DNA from: a virus
Direction: 5' to 3' (one strand)
Length of the DNA stretch: 57,300 bases
IMG/VR virus record: IMGVR_UViG_3300049199_000008
Coordinates: 1-57,300 of that record
Shown one piece after another: positions 53,076 to 57,300 of the stretch (its first letter is position 1; the number at the start of each line of letters is the position of its first letter). The notes beneath the pieces are model-generated. The model was not told the origin of the DNA and did no database searches. It worked only from the letters and a program-made list of their open reading frames with translations. The position numbers and the translations under genes are program-made.

Positions 53076-53263
53076 AATTCCACCTCCACATTTAAAATAT
53101 CATCCAAATGAGCCGACACCTGTAGCAGCTCATGGCCCCATAACTTGCGTGCCGTGGGTTTATCACCACGTAACACAGCGCCCGTAAACTTAGCCACGCT
53201 GCCGATAGTACCTAATCGATACATGGCGCTGACTTTGATCATTTCCTCAATAGCGTCTGGCAT
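53063..53263 (-). CDS. Hypothetical small protein
   Basis: ORF track, 66 aa. Confidence 0.5.
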   Translation of the reverse strand: MPDAIEEMIKVSAMYRLGTIGSVAKFTGAVLRGDKPTARKLWGHELLQVSAHLDDILNVEVELWLQ

Positions 53264-53266
53264 GTC

Positions 53267-53371
53267 TCAGAACTCCAGCATAGTTGAGTGGCGTACAGCC
53301 GCCGGTAAGCACCGCCAGCGAATAGCGATACACTCGTATTTGTGGAAATAATCACGGTAAATTTTGCTCAT
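53267..53371 (-). CDS. Possible 34-aa protein, first gene of antisense cassette 7
   Basis: AGGAGG SD 9 nt before ATG 53371. MSKIYRDYFHKYECIAIRWRC... Confidence 0.45.
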   Translation of the reverse strand: MSKIYRDYFHKYECIAIRWRCLPAAVRHSTMLEF

Positions 53372-53400
53372 ATGTTAATACCTCCTGTTGATTTACGTTT

Positions 53401-53428
53401 ATTCTAGTCAGTTTTATGTTGTTGTCAA
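53401..53428 (-). promoter_or_regulatory. Strong sigma70-type promoter
   Basis: TTGACA (53428-53423), 16 nt, TAGAAT (53406-53401), with an AT-rich upstream tract. Confidence 0.6.
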
Positions 53429-53507
53429 CTGCTATTTTTAATTGTTAACAATCGTGAACTATTCATTAACATATCATCTATATGCGGTTCCCGATAATCC
53501 CGACAGA

Positions 53508-53534
53508 TGTTAATCCCATCTTTTGGCATTAACA
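53508..53534. promoter_or_regulatory. Inverted-repeat box of the same type as the 37774..37964 array
   Basis: TGTTAATCCCA-tcttt-TGGCATTAACA. Partial TGTTAACA / CATTAACA copies at 53443-53472. Confidence 0.55.
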
Positions 53535-53553
53535 AGTTTGACAACTATTTAAC

Positions 53554-53800
53554 AATGTTTGTTCTATTAGTAGGTACAGAAAATAGTTTGGATATTGCAC
53601 TTTAACACAAACCTTGCACTTTAAAGTGAAAGACGGAAGTGCCTGATTCCACACATAAAATCCACACTTCTTTTACTTCTTATATATTTTTTCTATAACT
53701 TTTATAAATAAAGAAATAGTATATAAAGTATACAAATAAAGGATATTAGAAAAGATATATAGAAAATGTATATGAAGTGCAAGGACTTCTTTTAGGTACA
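53554..53800. repeat. AT-rich ORF-less element, copy B
   Basis: See copy A (37995..38241). Same orientation and same length. Confidence 0.9.
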
Positions 53801-53819
53801 CGTAACACATCGTTAACAA

Positions 53820-53848
53820 TTGCACTAGCGTACAGCCAGTGGTAAACT
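53820..53848 (+). promoter_or_regulatory. Promoter of the protease-scaffold-capsid operon
   Basis: TTGCAC (53820-53825), 17 nt, TG-g-TAAACT (53840-53848). Confidence 0.5.
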
Positions 53849-53871
53849 AATCGCATCGAAACTTAGGAATT

Positions 53872-54261
53872 GTGGAAATGATCAAAGTCAGCACTCAGAT
53901 GCAACTCGTATTCGGTTGGGGTCAGGTCTGCACGAAAAACGGCGAGCTGTATTTCGACACCGATAACCAGGCATTCCCCGAGGACGTCACGCTCAAGGGC
54001 TGGACGGACTTCATGCGTGGCGATACCCGAACGCACAAAGCCATGCACGCTGGGGCCGAAGTTGGACAGGTCGTTTACGCCTTCCCGATGCTGTCAGACA
54101 TCGCAAAATCTTTAGGCTTTGAAAACCTGCCGCAAACTGGTATACTCGTTGGTGTTTACGTGGCAGACCCGACGACATTACAGAAATTTGCGTCAGGCGA
54201 GTACACAGGTTTCAGCATTGGCGGTAGCGCCGTATGGGAGGACGTACCAAATGCGGTTTGA
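53872..54261 (+). CDS. XkdF-like prohead protease domain protein
   Basis: VFGWGQV...D.D...H...GEYTGFSIGG pattern resembles the XkdF (S78_2) family. Alternative ATG at 53878. Confidence 0.6.
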   Translation: MEMIKVSTQMQLVFGWGQVCTKNGELYFDTDNQAFPEDVTLKGWTDFMRGDTRTHKAMHAGAEVGQVVYAFPMLSDIAKSLGFENLPQTGILVGVYVADPTTLQKFASGEYTGFSIGGSAVWEDVPNAV

Positions 54262-55225
54262 CGGAAAGACAAATCCACAGGTAGCCACAAGCCTTAAAAT
54301 CGGCGAGCTGTCTGGCGTTACCGTACCAGCCCACGAAGGTGCGGGAGTCACTATCATGAAATTCGGCGCTGACGTCGATACGCTGATTAAATCCATGTTC
54401 GCTGAAGAACTGGCCGACGAGCAGATGGAAGCCGCCGTACGTGCTTGGTTAGACCCACTGTGGACTTACAACTACGCCCTGCGTGAAGCTGCTGAAAAAA
54501 TCATGCAAGACACTACCGTTACGGATAAACGCGGAGCAATTCGCGAATCGGTGACGGATTACTTACGACACGTTATCGAACTTTTTAACAACCAACCGGA
54601 GGCCGCAACAATGGCTGATAACACAGAACTGGAGCTTTACAAAGCCCTGGCGCAGATGACGGATGCCCACAAGGCACACTATCAGTCGTTGCCGGAAGCC
54701 GATAAAGCTGATTTCTTAAAACTGGACGGCGCCAGCCGCGACTTGATTGTCAAGTCTGCTACGGTCGCTGATGAAACCCACACGATGCTTGACGGCACTG
54801 TGATTGCTAAATCCGCTGTAGGCGCTTCGTTCGCTATCCTGAAGTCGCAAGATGCTCAGTTGCGTAAGATGCGTGAAGAGCAGGAATTAGCGAAAGCAAT
54901 CACCGCCGTATCTGTGGACTTCGGTAACTTACCGGGCGAACCTATGGCAAAAGCGAAAGCTGTTATGGGCCTGAACGCTCTTGACGCTGCTACCCGTACT
55001 TGGGTAACGGATACGCTGAAAGCTGCTGACGGCTTGTACAAAGCCCGTCGCGAGCCTGCTGGTGACCCAGCCGCTGTGGACACTGGTGAAGCGCCTGACG
55101 CTAAGCTGGAAAAAATGGCTAAAGCTCATGCCGAAACCCACAAAGTTTCGTTCGCTGCTGCGTACTCAGAGGTCATGAAGACCGAAGAAGGCCGCGCACT
55201 GTATCAACAATCGCTGGAGGGCTAA
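54251..55225 (+). CDS. Scaffolding protein
   Basis: Helical, Ala/Glu/Lys-rich, 324 aa, between the protease and capsid genes. GGGAGG SD. Confidence 0.6.
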   Translation: MRFDGKTNPQVATSLKIGELSGVTVPAHEGAGVTIMKFGADVDTLIKSMFAEELADEQMEAAVRAWLDPLWTYNYALREAAEKIMQDTTVTDKRGAIRESVTDYLRHVIELFNNQPEAATMADNTELELYKALAQMTDAHKAHYQSLPEADKADFLKLDGASRDLIVKSATVADETHTMLDGTVIAKSAVGASFAILKSQDAQLRKMREEQELAKAITAVSVDFGNLPGEPMAKAKAVMGLNALDAATRTWVTDTLKAADGLYKARREPAGDPAAVDTGEAPDAKLEKMAKAHAETHKVSFAAAYSEVMKTEEGRALYQQSLEG

Positions 55226-55228
55226 TTC

Positions 55229-55600
55229 ATGGCTCATGAAACCGCGTTACAATCCTTTAGCGCTAAAGCTGGTGCAGACCTGTCAGCGCTACAGTATACG
55301 TTCGTAACCATTAACAGCTCAGGTGAGTGTGTGGCAGCTTCTGCTAACTCGCTGGCCGTAGGTGTGCTGCAAAATAACCCAGTATTGGGTGACGCTGCTG
55401 CCATTGCTGTAAACGGTGAGACAAAAATTAAACTGGGCGCTACTTTAAGCCCTGGCGCAGTTGTCGAAGTAGGCACAGGCGGTAAAGCCGCTGCTGCCAC
55501 AGGTGCTGGTTCTTATGTCATGGGCGTCCTGACATTAGGCGGTGCTGATACTGAGATCGGCAGCATGGTAATTCGCACAGCTGGCCCACTGGCAGCGTAA
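55229..55600 (+). CDS. DUF2190-like head decoration/cement protein
   Basis: 123 aa, Gly/Ala-rich. LQYTFV...GVLQN...AV.GETK pattern. Directly upstream of the major capsid gene. Confidence 0.6.
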   Translation: MAHETALQSFSAKAGADLSALQYTFVTINSSGECVAASANSLAVGVLQNNPVLGDAAAIAVNGETKIKLGATLSPGAVVEVGTGGKAAAATGAGSYVMGVLTLGGADTEIGSMVIRTAGPLAA

Positions 55601-55610
55601 GGAGTTCTGA

Positions 55611-56588
55611 ATGAAACCTACCTCATCACAGGTACATGTTAACCGCCCGCTAACGAATATCTCGATTGCGTTTATTCAGCAAGCGGAAATGTTCGCAGCT
55701 GGTCGTGTATTCCCAATGGTGCCAGTTGAGTCAAAGAGTGATTTATATTTCATCTTTGATAAAGCTGATATGCACCGTAACGATATGCGCCCACGCGCAC
55801 CGGGCACTGAGTCTGCTGGCTCTGGCTTCGGTATCAGCACTGACAACTATTTCACCAAGCGTTATGACTTGCACAAAGACATCGCTGATGAAATCCGTGC
55901 AAACGCTGATGACCCGTTAGACTTAGACCGCGCGGCCACTGAGTTCCTGGTCGGCCAGTCATTAATTCAGCGTGAAGCTACCTTCGCACTGGCTTACATG
56001 GCACAGGGCGTATGGTCGCTGGACTATGAAGGTGTGGCAGCAAGCCCGACGGGCTCACAAGTGCTGAAATGGTCTGACGATGCGTCTGATCCTGTGGCTG
56101 ATATTAAGAAAGCTACAACTGCTATCCACAAGTTAACGGGTTTCCGCCCTAATACTCTGACGATGGCTCAGGACGTACGCGATGCTTTAGACACTAACCC
56201 GTCTATCATTGACCGATTGAAGTACGGCCAGACAGCTCCAGGCGCTGTGATTGTGACTGACGCTGACTTAGCGCGCGTATTTGGTGTAGCCCGGATCATC
56301 GTATCAGGCGCCATCATCAACAACGCTAACGAAGGCGCAGCAGCTAACAACGACTTTGTTATCAAAGGCGGCGCACTGTTGACGTACTCAGCACCATCAC
56401 CATCACTGATGGCTCCGTCAGCTGGTTACACATTTACTTGGCGCGGTCTGTTAGGCAACAACGAAGGTGTCCGCGTGAAGCGTTTCCGTATGGAAGCTTT
56501 AGAGTCGGATCGCGTCGAGATTGCTTTAGCATACGACCAGAAAAAAGTATCTGCTGACTTAGGCGCATACTTCCGCACGCTGGTGTAG
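55611..56588 (+). CDS. Major capsid protein (HK97-fold, lambda E-like family)
   Basis: 325 aa after scaffold and decoration genes. N-terminal NISIAFIQ...VFPMVPV pattern. Strong terminator downstream. Confidence 0.8.
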   Translation: MKPTSSQVHVNRPLTNISIAFIQQAEMFAAGRVFPMVPVESKSDLYFIFDKADMHRNDMRPRAPGTESAGSGFGISTDNYFTKRYDLHKDIADEIRANADDPLDLDRAATEFLVGQSLIQREATFALAYMAQGVWSLDYEGVAASPTGSQVLKWSDDASDPVADIKKATTAIHKLTGFRPNTLTMAQDVRDALDTNPSIIDRLKYGQTAPGAVIVTDADLARVFGVARIIVSGAIINNANEGAAANNDFVIKGGALLTYSAPSPSLMAPSAGYTFTWRGLLGNNEGVRVKRFRMEALESDRVEIALAYDQKKVSADLGAYFRTLV

Positions 56589-56611
56589 TTAGCCGGTAGC
56601 GTAACAAGACG

Positions 56612-56645
56612 GCCCGCCCCGTAAGGTAGCGGGCTGTTTTTATTT
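56612..56645 (+). terminator. Rho-independent terminator after the capsid gene
   Basis: GCCCGC / GCGGGC stem, 11-nt loop, then TGTTTTTATTT. Confidence 0.7.
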
Positions 56646-56868
56646 ACGGTTGGTTAGCCACCCACGCGCGAGAAACCCTCAACGCTTCATCTGCAATTTC
56701 TTTATCTGTGGAATCATGACCAAAAGACGCAATTTCACGAATTACAGACTTAGCTTCTTTTAACTCGGCCTGCAGTTTTTCAAATTCGCTAACAGGTAAA
56801 TAATCACCCATACCAACTACGCGGATCAGTTTACTACCGTTACCATCTGTTAATACTTTATACGCCAT
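56644..56868 (-). CDS. Hypothetical protein, antisense cassette 8
   Basis: ORF track, 74 aa; GGAGTG SD. Confidence 0.55.
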   Translation of the reverse strand: MAYKVLTDGNGSKLIRVVGMGDYLPVSEFEKLQAELKEAKSVIREIASFGHDSTDKEIADEALRVSRAWVANQP

Positions 56869-56900
56869 TATTTTTCACTCCGATTGTTAAACACCCGTTC

Positions 56901-56949
56901 AGTATTTACCAGATTATTTTAGTTGTCAACTGTTATTTTGTGATATACT
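56901..56949. promoter_or_regulatory. Divergent promoter cassette
   Basis: Minus strand: TTGACA (56929-56924), 17 nt, AATACT (56906-56901). Plus strand: TG-a-TATACT (56941-56949). Confidence 0.5.
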
Positions 56950-56977
56950 ATTCAGGTCAATTAACCGGAGAAACACC

Positions 56978-57300
56978 ATGACGTATAAATTTGAAGATTT
57001 AGACTTTAACCGTCCGCTGCTGGTAAATACGCCGTTTACGTTTAACGGTCGTGCGTATCAGATCGGCGAATCGTTCCCGTGGCAGCGTATGGCTATCAGC
57101 AAGCATATCGTAGCGCGTCTGTGGAATGCCCGCAAAGTCCGCCACACACTCCAGGGCGCTAGCGCAGGCGCTGATCTGACCGTACCTCTGGACCCTGTGG
57201 TAACTGACCCTGTGGTAACTGACCCTGTGGTAACTGACCCTGTGGTAACTGACCCTGTGGTAACTGACCCTGTGGTAACTGACCCTGTGGTAACTGACCC
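56978..57300 (+). CDS. N-terminal part of the PVVTD-repeat protein (continues at 1..328)
   Basis: GGAG SD and ATG 56978. The ORF has no stop before the window end and runs into the 15-bp repeat. Confidence 0.7.
   Translation, partial: MTYKFEDLDFNRPLLVNTPFTFNGRAYQIGESFPWQRMAISKHIVARLWNARKVRHTLQGASAGADLTVPLDPVVTDPVVTDPVVTDPVVTDPVVTDPVVTDPVVTD
57191..57300 (+). repeat. 15-bp tandem repeat (7.3 units), same array as 1..142
   Basis: 57193-57300 is identical to 1-108. Confidence 0.95.

Noticed and set aside
37774-53818. The two elements as termini of a mobile element, or as genome terminal repeats.
   Set aside because: They are direct repeats, not inverted. There is no transposase or integrase. 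The 15.5 kb between them holds terminase, portal and head genes. True terminal repeats would collapse to one copy in an assembly.
1-57300. Search by eye for tRNA/tmRNA (GTTCGAATC-type T-arms), rRNA, integrase/recombinase, CI-like repressor, and toxin-antitoxin or known defence/anti-defence gene signatures.
   Set aside because: None was recognised. Absence cannot be proven without tRNAscan-SE/ARAGORN and HMM searches.

Overview
This window is a complete, circularly closed genome of a tailed dsDNA phage, about 57.2-57.3 kb; the last 108 nt are identical to the first 108 nt. The tail module is siphovirus-type: G/GT chaperone frameshift, tape measure, K-like and J-like tip proteins, a beta-helix tailspike and a fibre. 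I saw no integrase, lysogeny module, tRNA, rRNA or CRISPR array, so it reads as a virulent phage. GC looks near 50 percent by eye and the host cannot be assigned from sequence alone. Layout: (1) 1-20.7 kb (+): membrane peptides, head-tail connectors, tail, tailspike/fibre, and lysis (holin, signal-bearing SLT endolysin, embedded i/o-spanins). (2) 20.7-28.0 kb (-): beta-class DNA methyltransferase, DUF4406, DNA polymerase, gp2.5/DUF2815-like SSB, DUF2800 Cas4-like nuclease. (3) 28.1-37.7 kb (+): SF2 helicase, VRR-NUC, DnaQ-like exonuclease, prim-pol/SF3 primase-helicase, TraR-type zinc finger, PD-(D/E)XK nuclease and two frame-disrupted genes. (4) 38.3-57.3 kb (+): terS, terL, portal, Mu-F/SPP1 gp7-like protein, XkdF-like protease, scaffold, DUF2190-like decoration protein and major capsid. 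The morphogenesis region is unusually fragmented. Eight short antisense cassettes and two long runs of small accessory genes interrupt nearly every late-gene junction. Most antisense cassettes are driven by a near-consensus sigma70 promoter with a conserved TAAAATAG upstream element, and most are followed by a TGnTAWACT extended -10 restart promoter. The most unusual feature is a duplicated, ORF-less, strongly AT-rich element of about 247 bp. Copy A is 37995-38241 and copy B is 53554-53800, with roughly 15 substitutions counted by eye. Each copy is preceded by 26-27 bp inverted-repeat boxes (TGTTAATCYCA-N4-5-TRGCATTAACA) and sits directly upstream of one of two late operons (terS..., protease-scaffold-capsid...). 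Its function is unknown. Other points: three in-frame minisatellites, several frame disruptions (either real or sequencing errors), a small-alarmone-hydrolase / beta-solenoid / dUTPase operon between terL and portal, and a triple promoter box flanking an ORF-less segment upstream of the head morphogenesis gene. All family assignments rest on motifs recognised by eye, not on database searches.
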